From positions 1-61,988 of the forward strand of contig JBBIPN010000002.1 of the NCBI GenBank assembly GCA_037442825.1: a stretch of DNA of 61,988 bases. The letters are read 5' to 3'. This document shows, one piece after another, positions 51,317-61,988 of this stretch; within the stretch, counting starts at the first letter, position 1; the number at the start of each line of letters is the position of its first letter. The notes beneath the pieces were generated by a model. The model was not told the DNA's origin, made no database searches, and saw nothing but the letters and a program-made list of their open reading frames with translations. A program made the position numbers and the translations under genes. The DNA is from Sulfurihydrogenibium sp. Lineage in GTDB: Bacteria; Aquificota; Aquificia; Aquificales; Hydrogenothermaceae.

Positions 51317-51320
<4 letters not shown>
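50658..51320 (-). CDS. HAD-family phosphatase (phosphoglycolate phosphatase-like)
   Basis: FDLDGT, VTNK, KKPNP, IGDSETD. Confidence 0.88.
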
Positions 51321-54435
<3,115 letters not shown>

Positions 54436-54439
<4 letters not shown>

Positions 54440-55665
54440 ACTAAATCACCTTCCATATTTTCTATAAAAGCTTCATGTAATGTTCTTACAGCAAGCTCTG
54501 CATATTTCTCGTCTATTAATACTGATATTTTTATTTCAGATGTTGAGATTGCATAAATATTTATTCCTTCTCTTGCTAATATTTCAAACATTTTACCTGC
54601 TGTTCCAGAATGTGTTTTCATCCCAAGCCCAACAACAGATACTTTTGCAATTTTATCATTTCTTTCTACTTCTTCAGCACCAATTTCTTTTGCTACTTCT
54701 CTCGCTATCTCTTCTGCTATATCTGCATCTGTCTTATTAACAGTAAATGATATATCTGTATAACCTTTATGGGAAACATTTTGAACAATCATGTCTACAA
54801 CAATATTTCTATCTCCTAAAGCTTTAAATAGTTTTGCAGCAACACCAGGCTTATCAGGAACTCTAACAACTGTTATTCTTGATTCTTTTAATTCATGGGA
54901 AATACCCCTAACTACCATTTTTTCCATCTCTTCATTTTCCTCCATTATCCAAGTTCCTTCTTCATCATTAAAAGAAGATCTGACATGAATTTTTACACCA
55001 TACTTAGCTCCAAATTCAACAGATCTAATTTGCATAACTTTAGAACCAAGGGAAGCCATTTCCATCATCTCTTCATATGATATAACTGGTATCTTTCTTG
55101 CATTTTCTACAATCCTTGGGTCTGCTGTAAATACACCAGATACATCTGTATATATCTCACATACATCTGCGTTTAATGCAGCTGCTAAAGCAACAGCAGA
55201 AGTATCAGAACCTCCCCTACCAAGTGTAGTAATATCTCCACCTTCTGTTACACCTTGAAAACCGGCAACTATAACTACCTTACCTTCATCAAGATGTTTT
55301 TTTATTCTATGGGTCTCAATCTTCTTTATTCTTGCTTTTGTAAAAATATCGTTTGTTATTATAGGTACCTGCCAACCTGTTAAACTAATAGCATCAATAC
55401 CAAGTTCTTTCAAGGCTATAGCTACAAGCCCAATAGCTACCTGCTCACCAGTAGAAACAACCATATCTTGTTCTCTTGGATCAGGTCTATTAGATAACTC
55501 CCTGGTAAGTCCTAACAGTCTATCTGTTTCTCCAGTCATAGCAGAAGATACAACTACAACCTGATTCCCTGCATCAACAGCTTTTTTTATTTTCTTTGCA
55601 ACATTTTTTATCCTTTCTATTGTACCTACAGACGTACCACCATATTTTTGAACTATTAAAGGCAA
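54436..55665 (-). CDS. lysC: Aspartate kinase
   Basis: [18 protein letters not shown], two ACT domains; TTG at 55665 after GGAGG. Confidence 0.96.
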
Positions 55666-55699
55666 ACAGAAGTACCTCCAACAATATTTTTTTGATTTT

Positions 55700-55728
55700 A
55701 TTATAACATACATTAAAAATGTTAAAAT
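55700..55728. promoter_or_regulatory. Back-to-back extended -10 promoters for lysC (-) and pabB (+)
   Basis: Minus-strand TGtTATAAT at 55708-55700; plus-strand TGtTAAAAT at 55720-55728. Confidence 0.55.
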
Positions 55729-55734
55729 ATTTTT

Positions 55735-56892
55735 ATGATTATTCTTTTTTCTACAAAAAATGGTTGGTTTAAAGAAGAAGGATTTTATAAATTTAAAAAG
55801 CCCTCTTTAAAAATTAAATACTATAAAAATAGATTAATAGTAAATGATAAAATAATCAAAACATCAAACCCTATTAAAATTATAGAAAAATTTCTAAAAA
55901 ATAACTATGCTTTAGGTTTTATAAGTTATAACTTTACTCCTTACATAAAAACTAAAAAAGATGATTTAAACCTTCCTTTGATATACTTAAATATTTATAG
56001 ATCTTTTGAAAAAGTAGATTTACAAATATATAACAACGTAGATTTCAAAATAAAAAGTATAAAATTTAACACAAAAAAGACAAACTTTATTCAAAAAGTA
56101 AAAAAAGTTAAAGAGTATATTCGTGAAGGTGATATATACCAAGTAAACATATCTCATCGTATAGATTTAGAAGGATTTTTTCAGCCTTTTGAAATTTTTA
56201 AAAATTTAGTTAAAATTCAACCAGCACCTTATATGATGTTTATTAAAGATAAAGATTTTTCAATTATATCTGGTTCAATGGAACTATTCCTTGAAAAAAA
56301 TGGAAATATAATAACTTCAAAACCTATAAAAGGAACGCGAAAACGTGGAGAAAATGAGATAGAAGATAAAAAACTAGAAGAAGAACTAAAACTTTCTGAA
56401 AAAGAAAGGGCTGAAAACCTTATGATAACAGATTTAATGAGAAATGATATTGGCAGAATATCTAAATCCGTAAATGTTGAAAATTTATTTAGTGTAGAAG
56501 AATATAGTACACTTTATCAAATGGTTTCTACAGTTAAAGGTGTTTTAAAAGAAGGTATTTCTCTAAAGGATATTATTTTAAACACATTTCCTCCCGGGTC
56601 TGTAACTGGAGCTCCAAAAATTAGAGCTATAGAAATTATAGATGAACTAGAAGATAAAAAACGTAGTTTATACTGTGGTTCTACACTTTTAATAAAACCA
56701 GATGGTGATTTTATTATGAGTGTAGCTATTAGACAGATTATATTTAGAAATCAAAAAGCATATTTATACGTAGGTAGCGGAATTGTTTGGGATTCTGATG
56801 AAATAAAAGAGTATGAAGAAACACTCATAAAAGCTAAAGCAAGTTTAAAAGCTTTTAATATAAATGATTTAGATAGTTTAAAACATTTCTAA
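55735..56892 (+). CDS. pabB: Aminodeoxychorismate synthase component I (chorismate-binding)
   Basis: [39 protein letters not shown]. Confidence 0.82.
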   Translation: MIILFSTKNGWFKEEGFYKFKKPSLKIKYYKNRLIVNDKIIKTSNPIKIIEKFLKNNYALGFISYNFTPYIKTKKDDLNLPLIYLNIYRSFEKVDLQIYNNVDFKIKSIKFNTKKTNFIQKVKKVKEYIREGDIYQVNISHRIDLEGFFQPFEIFKNLVKIQPAPYMMFIKDKDFSIISGSMELFLEKNGNIITSKPIKGTRKRGENEIEDKKLEEELKLSEKERAENLMITDLMRNDIGRISKSVNVENLFSVEEYSTLYQMVSTVKGVLKEGISLKDIILNTFPPGSVTGAPKIRAIEIIDELEDKKRSLYCGSTLLIKPDGDFIMSVAIRQIIFRNQKAYLYVGSGIVWDSDEIKEYEETLIKAKASLKAFNINDLDSLKHF

Positions 56893-57670
56893 AATCTGGG
56901 GGAATATCTGCTCTGATATTTATATTTGTATCTTTAAATGGATGTTTTAATATCAACTGATAAGAATGTAACATCTGTCTACTAACTCTTTTTAAAAGAT
57001 TGTTTTCTATTTTTTTAACACCATAAACTTTATCACCTACAATAGGATGTCTTATAGATGCTAAATGTTTCCTAATTTGATGTTTTCTACCTGTTTCTAT
57101 ACTTACTTGAAAATAACTAAAACCATTTCCCTTTTTTAGAAGCTTAAGATGTGTTATAGCTTCTTTCCCATCTATCTCTTTATTTATTGTAAAATGTTCA
57201 AATGTAGCTTCATTGTGTGAGATGGCAAGATATATTTTATAAACATTTTTATCTTCCCAAATTTCTTTAAATTTCTCAAAGATTTTATAATCCTTTGCAA
57301 ATAAAAGAACTCCTGATGTTTCTTTGTCTAATCTATGAATAGCTTTTATTTTTTCATTCTTAAACTTTTTCCTCAGAATATCTTCCACTGAATTTTTTTC
57401 CCTATCACTAACAATATTTGGTGGTTTATTGACTGCTAATATATATTCATCTTCATAAATTATAGGTATATTTTTTTCTTCTTTTGAAATGATTATCTCA
57501 ACAATATCTCCTAATTTTAGATTATGGGAAGATATCCAAACTCTCTTATTGTTTACAATAACATTTCTACTATCTATCAAATCTTTAGCTTGATTTTTTG
57601 ATATATTTAAACTTTCTGAAACAAAATCCTTTAGTGTTTTTGGTGTTTTTACTATAAATTTTTTAATCAT
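56855..57670 (-). CDS. RluA/RluD-family pseudouridine synthase
   Basis: S4-like N-terminus; HRLDKETSG; TGRKHQIR; GDKVYG. Confidence 0.92.
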   Translation of the reverse strand: MIKKFIVKTPKTLKDFVSESLNISKNQAKDLIDSRNVIVNNKRVWISSHNLKLGDIVEIIISKEEKNIPIIYEDEYILAVNKPPNIVSDREKNSVEDILRKKFKNEKIKAIHRLDKETSGVLLFAKDYKIFEKFKEIWEDKNVYKIYLAISHNEATFEHFTINKEIDGKEAITHLKLLKKGNGFSYFQVSIETGRKHQIRKHLASIRHPIVGDKVYGVKKIENNLLKRVSRQMLHSYQLILKHPFKDTNINIRADIPPDFRNVLNYLNHLY

Positions 57671-58172
57671 TTATTTTCATTAAATAGTATTTTCTAACTT
57701 GGTTAAAAAAGTTTGCATTTTCTTTATAATCTAAGTAAGTCCATATTAATGATTGAAATGTTTTATGATGGTATAAAAGTTGTAATTCCCCATAAACACC
57801 ATCACCTATGTAGACTCTTGAGCCTCTATCTTTTCTACTTAAAGCTACAACCTGATACTCATCTACAAAAACCGGATCTATATTAACAGTTCTATTGTTA
57901 TTTTCTTTAAGACTATCTTCAAGATTTTCAGAAAACTTTTTTATCTTAATGCTATCTTCTTTATCTATAATTTTATCAAAAGCTATAAACTTCTTTATCA
58001 AATTTTGACCCATCTCTTTTTCATAGTAGTGGGAGTAATCTAATATAAACTCATCTGTTTGAAAAACTACTTCACCAAAATTTTCTTTTAATTTTTCTAT
58101 AGCAAAATTAAATTTTTCTACTTTTTCTTTATTCCACATAACTGCAAATACAATGAAAGCTTTATTTTTCAA
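57663..58172 (-). CDS. DUF4416-like hypothetical protein
   Basis: YYEKEMG..L, RTVNIDP, R.YIG.G.Y, WTY.DY pattern. Confidence 0.7.
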   Translation of the reverse strand: MKNKAFIVFAVMWNKEKVEKFNFAIEKLKENFGEVVFQTDEFILDYSHYYEKEMGQNLIKKFIAFDKIIDKEDSIKIKKFSENLEDSLKENNNRTVNIDPVFVDEYQVVALSRKDRGSRVYIGDGVYGELQLLYHHKTFQSLIWTYLDYKENANFFNQVRKYYLMKIND

Positions 58173-59083
58173 TGTTTCTTTTCACCTTTTGCCATCCTTA
58201 TTGCATGTTTTAAAAGTGGCGAAATCATTATTAAATTATCTCTTACTCCTCCAGTACTTCCAGGAAGGTTAATTATTAATGTGTTATTTCCTGCTATACC
58301 ACATACAGCCCTTGAAAGTAAAGATTTTGGTGTAAACTTTATACCTACTATTCTCATAGCTTCTGAAAATCCTATCATCTCTTTTTCAATAACTTCTTTT
58401 GTAGCTTCTGTTGTGTTATCCCTCTTACTAAAACCAGTTCCACCTGTTGTAAAAATAATATCCACTTTATCAACTAAAGATTTTAATTTTTCAACAATCA
58501 TATCTTTATCATCTGGAAGGATCGTATAATCTACAACCTTTCCATTAAACTTATTCTCTATAATATCTATAGCTACTTTTCCACTTTTATCTTCAGCTTC
58601 ATTTTTATAACAAGAATCACTAAGTGTTATAACAGCACAGTTTAGTCCAGATAAATCTTCTTCATAATCTGATTTTCCACCTTTTTTAGATAGAAGTTTT
58701 ATATCCGATATAACCATATTCTTATCAAAAGCTTTACACATATCATAAACATTTAGCAATGCAGCTGATACAGCTGTTAAAGCTTCCATCTCAACACCAG
58801 TCCTACCTATACATCTAACAAAAGACTTAGCATATACCCCATCTTCATGAAGTTCAACTTCTACAAAAGCTTGATCTATCATTATTGGATGGCAGAATGG
58901 TAAAATTTCTGGAGTTTTTTTTGCACCAATCATTCCAGCCATCATAGAAGCAGTTATAACATCACCTTTAGGAATTTGTTTATTTTTAATCATCTCAACA
59001 GTTTTTTTATCTAAGTATATCTTGCCTTCAGCTGTAGCTTCCCTTATAGTTTCAAACTTTACAGAAACATCTACCATTTTCAT
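58169..59083 (-). CDS. moaC: Bifunctional molybdenum cofactor protein MoaC-MoaB/MogA
   Basis: MVDVS.K, PFCHP, TGVEMEAL, YDMCKA fused to TLSD, DKSG, TTGGTG, NLPGS. Confidence 0.93.
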   Translation of the reverse strand: MKMVDVSVKFETIREATAEGKIYLDKKTVEMIKNKQIPKGDVITASMMAGMIGAKKTPEILPFCHPIMIDQAFVEVELHEDGVYAKSFVRCIGRTGVEMEALTAVSAALLNVYDMCKAFDKNMVISDIKLLSKKGGKSDYEEDLSGLNCAVITLSDSCYKNEAEDKSGKVAIDIIENKFNGKVVDYTILPDDKDMIVEKLKSLVDKVDIIFTTGGTGFSKRDNTTEATKEVIEKEMIGFSEAMRIVGIKFTPKSLLSRAVCGIAGNNTLIINLPGSTGGVRDNLIMISPLLKHAIRMAKGEKKH

Positions 59084-59100
59084 TTCTCTAATCCTCCATA

Positions 59101-59724
59101 CTATGTTATAAGTTCAAAAATTCCTTTTTCAAAATTATAGTTGTAAACATCTCCAGTTTCAATGATAAAATACCAACCGTAAATATTTAATTTTCCATTA
59201 TCAAACTTTTCTTTTATAAAAGGGTATGTTAGTAAATTTTTTATTTGATTTACTATATTTAGCTGTTCTATTACCATCTCTAATTTAAGTTCATCATTTT
59301 CATTGCATAAGTTTTTAGCTACTTCAACAGCTGGTTTTAGAAGCTCTATCCATTTTTCAACATGAGGTGCATTTTTTAGTATCTCTTTATTAGTTGCAGC
59401 ATAACAACCACCACAGTTAGTATGTCCACATACTACAATATTTTTAACATTTAAAAATAAAACAGCATATTCAATTGCTGAGGTAGCAGCAACATAATCT
59501 TGAGTATCCCTGTAAGGTGGTACAACGTTAGCTATATTTCTTACAGTAAAAAGTTCTCCTGGTAAAGAATTTGTTATTAAATCAGGAATAACTCTTGAAT
59601 CAGAACAACCTATAAATAAAGTATGGGGATTTTGTTTATTTCCTAACTTTTCAAATATTTTTCTATATTTTTCAAAATCTTCATTTTTAAATTTATATAT
59701 TCCTTCAAAAAGCTTCTTTCCCAA
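59101..59724 (-). CDS. Beta-class carbonic anhydrase
   Basis: CSDSR, RNIAN, GHTNCGG; TTG start. Confidence 0.95.
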   Translation of the reverse strand: MGKKLFEGIYKFKNEDFEKYRKIFEKLGNKQNPHTLFIGCSDSRVIPDLITNSLPGELFTVRNIANVVPPYRDTQDYVAATSAIEYAVLFLNVKNIVVCGHTNCGGCYAATNKEILKNAPHVEKWIELLKPAVEVAKNLCNENDELKLEMVIEQLNIVNQIKNLLTYPFIKEKFDNGKLNIYGWYFIIETGDVYNYNFEKGIFELIT

Positions 59725-59733
59725 TTTGTCCCC

Positions 59734-60264
59734 CTAAACAACTACATATATTTCCTTTAAATTTCTTCCTTCTTCTGCCCAGTCTAAACCATATCCAACA
59801 ACAAATTTATCAAGGATCTCAAATCCAACAAAATCAGCGTTAAAATCAACTTCCCTCCTTTCTTTTTTATCAAGTAATACACATGTTTTTAACATCTTTG
59901 GCTCTCTTAAGGATAAAGCTTCTACTAATGCTTTTAATGTCCTTCCCGTATCAATAATATCATCAACAATTAAAATATTTTTACCTTTTATATCAACAGA
60001 CATATCTTTTATAAAAATAACTTCACCAGAACTTTCCATACTTGTTTTATAAGATGATACCTGCATAAAATCAATATAAACTTTCCCTTCTAAATTTCTT
60101 ACTAAATCTGCAAAAAACATAAAAGAACCTTTTAAAATACCAACTACATACAACTCTTCACCTTTAAAATTAGAGTTTATTTCTTTTGCTAACTGGGTCA
60201 CTTTATTTTGAATATCTTTTTCACATATTAGAAGTTCCAAAGGTCTACCTTTAATGTCCATCAT
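59734..60264 (-). CDS. hpt: Hypoxanthine phosphoribosyltransferase
   Basis: GILKGSF, VDDIIDTGRT, FVVGYGLD. Confidence 0.95.
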   Translation of the reverse strand: MMDIKGRPLELLICEKDIQNKVTQLAKEINSNFKGEELYVVGILKGSFMFFADLVRNLEGKVYIDFMQVSSYKTSMESSGEVIFIKDMSVDIKGKNILIVDDIIDTGRTLKALVEALSLREPKMLKTCVLLDKKERREVDFNADFVGFEILDKFVVGYGLDWAEEGRNLKEIYVVV

Positions 60265-60686
60265 AACTCCTTTTTCATTAGTATAGCATCATCACCATTT
60301 GAATAATATTTTTCTCTAAAACCATATTGGGAAAATCCAAACCTTTTATAAAAATTTATAGCCTTTAAATTGTTTACAGAAACTTCTAAATAACAGGTTT
60401 TAATATTGTTATCTTTCATAGTTTTTAAATAAAATTCCATTAACATTTTACCATAACCTTTATTTTGAAACTCTGGCTTCAGTGCTATAAGTAAAAGTTC
60501 TGATTCATCAAAAAATAAAGAAAAACTTAGAAATCCAATAGTCTGGTTTTCAAATTCTAAAACTGTAGGATTATTTATTTCATCAAAAAATAAATCTCCA
60601 AAATCTTTTTTAAATATATCATAAAGTAAATTTTTTACTATAGATTTGTCTTTATCTTCTAACTTTCTAAAAGCTATACTCTCCAA
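60261..60686 (-). CDS. rimI: Ribosomal-protein N-acetyltransferase (GNAT)
   Basis: QNKGYG, LEVSVNN..A..FY...GF, REKYY...DDAILM. Confidence 0.85.
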   Translation of the reverse strand: MESIAFRKLEDKDKSIVKNLLYDIFKKDFGDLFFDEINNPTVLEFENQTIGFLSFSLFFDESELLLIALKPEFQNKGYGKMLMEFYLKTMKDNNIKTCYLEVSVNNLKAINFYKRFGFSQYGFREKYYSNGDDAILMKKEL

Positions 60687-61572
60687 TTTTTTCTGGTTTT
60701 TCTTGCCAAGAAAGTTTTCTACTTAGAATTACTTTAACTTTATCAAAATCTGAAGCAGTGGAAAACTCTATAACTTTTTCTTTTCCATAATTTAATGAAT
60801 CTTTTGGTAGTAAAGTATAACCATCACTGTACACTTGATTACCATCTTTAAAAAGAAATATATCTATGTAATATTTTGGATTTCCGTGATCTGCTGTTGG
60901 AACATTATGTGGAACTTTCTTGTTTAATATTTTTACAACCAAAATAGAACCATTTTTTTCAACTTTCACGTCAAAAAACTCAGGTTTTGATTTTGGTACT
61001 ATAAAACCATGATGATGTATCTCTTTTGGCATATGCATATAACTAAATGGAAACTTTTGAATTAGCCTACCTTTCTCTGGAGGCATATGACATTGTTGAC
61101 AGTTTTTATCAGAGTTTACAGTTTTCCACTGTTTGAATGTCTCTTGATGGCAACCTGAACATATTTCTGCTTTTGTGTATTGTAAGTCCTGTGTAGATGG
61201 ATGTGGTGGTGAAAATACATCATAAGGTCCATGCATAGATTTAGTTGAATCTCTAAAGTGGCAAGCTACACAGTTTACCCCATCTTCTCTGTGGAAATCT
61301 CTTAAAGTTGGTTTTCCTGAAACTGTTATTTCATAAGGAGCATGACAAGAAAGACATTTTTCTTTTGAATAATTTTCACTTGTCCTTTTAAATTCTGGGC
61401 TTATCCATGCTTGAGCATGTCTCGATTCTTTAAACTGCTTATATATCTCTTCATGACATTCAGCACATCTTTTTGCTATAGGTCTCTCTAATAAATCTTT
61501 TTCTTGAAAAACTTCATTTAATTTATCACAGGATGTTATAAATAAAAACATTACTAAAACTAAATATCGCAC
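60667..61572 (-). CDS. Pentaheme c-type cytochrome lipoprotein
   Basis: Lipobox-like FITSC; five CxxCH motifs: CAECH, CLSCH, CVACH, CSGCH, CQQCH. Confidence 0.88.
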   Translation of the reverse strand: MRYLVLVMFLFITSCDKLNEVFQEKDLLERPIAKRCAECHEEIYKQFKESRHAQAWISPEFKRTSENYSKEKCLSCHAPYEITVSGKPTLRDFHREDGVNCVACHFRDSTKSMHGPYDVFSPPHPSTQDLQYTKAEICSGCHQETFKQWKTVNSDKNCQQCHMPPEKGRLIQKFPFSYMHMPKEIHHHGFIVPKSKPEFFDVKVEKNGSILVVKILNKKVPHNVPTADHGNPKYYIDIFLFKDGNQVYSDGYTLLPKDSLNYGKEKVIEFSTASDFDKVKVILSRKLSWQEKPEKIGEYSF

Positions 61573-61988
61573 GATAAATCCTCTTCTATTATATGACCAA
61601 GTTTATCTTTCTTTGCCTTTATATACTTTTCATTATGTGGGTTTGTGCCAGTGAAGATTGGAATTCTTTCTACAATCTCTAAACCAAATCCTTCTAATGC
61701 AACTATTTTTCTTGGGTTGTTTGTCATGAGTTTCATCTTTCTAACACCTAAATCTAAAAGTATCTGTGCACCTGTTCCAAAATCTCTTAAATCAGATTGA
61801 AAACCAAGTTTATGGTTTGCCTCAACTGTATCATAACCTAAATCTTGTAAGCTATATGCTTTTATCTTATTTACTATACCTATTCCTCTTCCTTCATGTC
61901 CTCTCATATAAACTAACACACCTTTTCCTTCTTCTGCTATCTTCTTTAATGCCAGATGAAGTTGATTTTGACAATCACATCTAAGAGA
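61560..61988 (-). CDS. ribA: GTP cyclohydrolase II, 3' part (possibly a RibBA fusion)
   Basis: SLRCDC, HEGRGIG, DTVEAN, LMTNNP.K; frame open to the window edge. Confidence 0.95.
   Translation of the reverse strand, partial: SLRCDCQNQLHLALKKIAEEGKGVLVYMRGHEGRGIGIVNKIKAYSLQDLGYDTVEANHKLGFQSDLRDFGTGAQILLDLGVRKMKLMTNNPRKIVALEGFGLEIVERIPIFTGTNPHNEKYIKAKKDKLGHIIEEDLSCDI

Noticed and set aside
58169..59083. MoaC-MoaB/MogA fusion as a novelty
   Set aside because: This bifunctional fusion is already known from other bacteria

Overview
Very AT-rich, extremely gene-dense bacterial chromosome segment. Gene content and protein sequences point to a thermophilic chemolithoautotroph of the Aquificota, probably Hydrogenothermaceae (Sulfurihydrogenibium-like); this assignment is an inference. 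Bases ~250-30450 form one co-directional chemotaxis and flagellar basal-body/hook/export cluster: cheV-cheA-cheW-[J-domain protein]-cheZ-cheY-fliGMN-flgFGAHIJ-flhAFG-fliA-[fliK-like]-[TPR]-flgBC-fliEFHI-flgDE-fliL-[second FliN]-fliOPQR-flhB. No flagellin, motAB, cheR or cheB is present in the window. The remainder is housekeeping and metabolism: guaA, lipA, glyA, rpiB, an L,D-transpeptidase, bioA, mqnD, hisF, cimA, mraY, a LonC-like protease, an NtrY-like kinase, citryl-CoA lyase, eno, a biotin carboxylase subunit, lysC, pabB, moaC-mog, beta-carbonic anhydrase, hpt, rimI, a pentaheme cytochrome c and a partial ribA. I found no rRNA, tRNA, CRISPR array or mobile element. The most notable observations are: (1) a ~71-aa chemoreceptor-tip-only ORF, missed by the ORF track, with a strong SD and an apparent ATT start, heading the che operon; (2) a J-domain co-chaperone coupled inside that operon; (3) an exact 48-bp duplication in fliN; (4) a degenerate 35-aa repeat in a putative FliK ruler; (5) a pseudo-receiver protein with a MinD-like amphipathic tail; (6) a probable A8 frameshift in a TOPRIM gene; (7) recurrent TGnTA(T/A)AAT extended -10 promoters.
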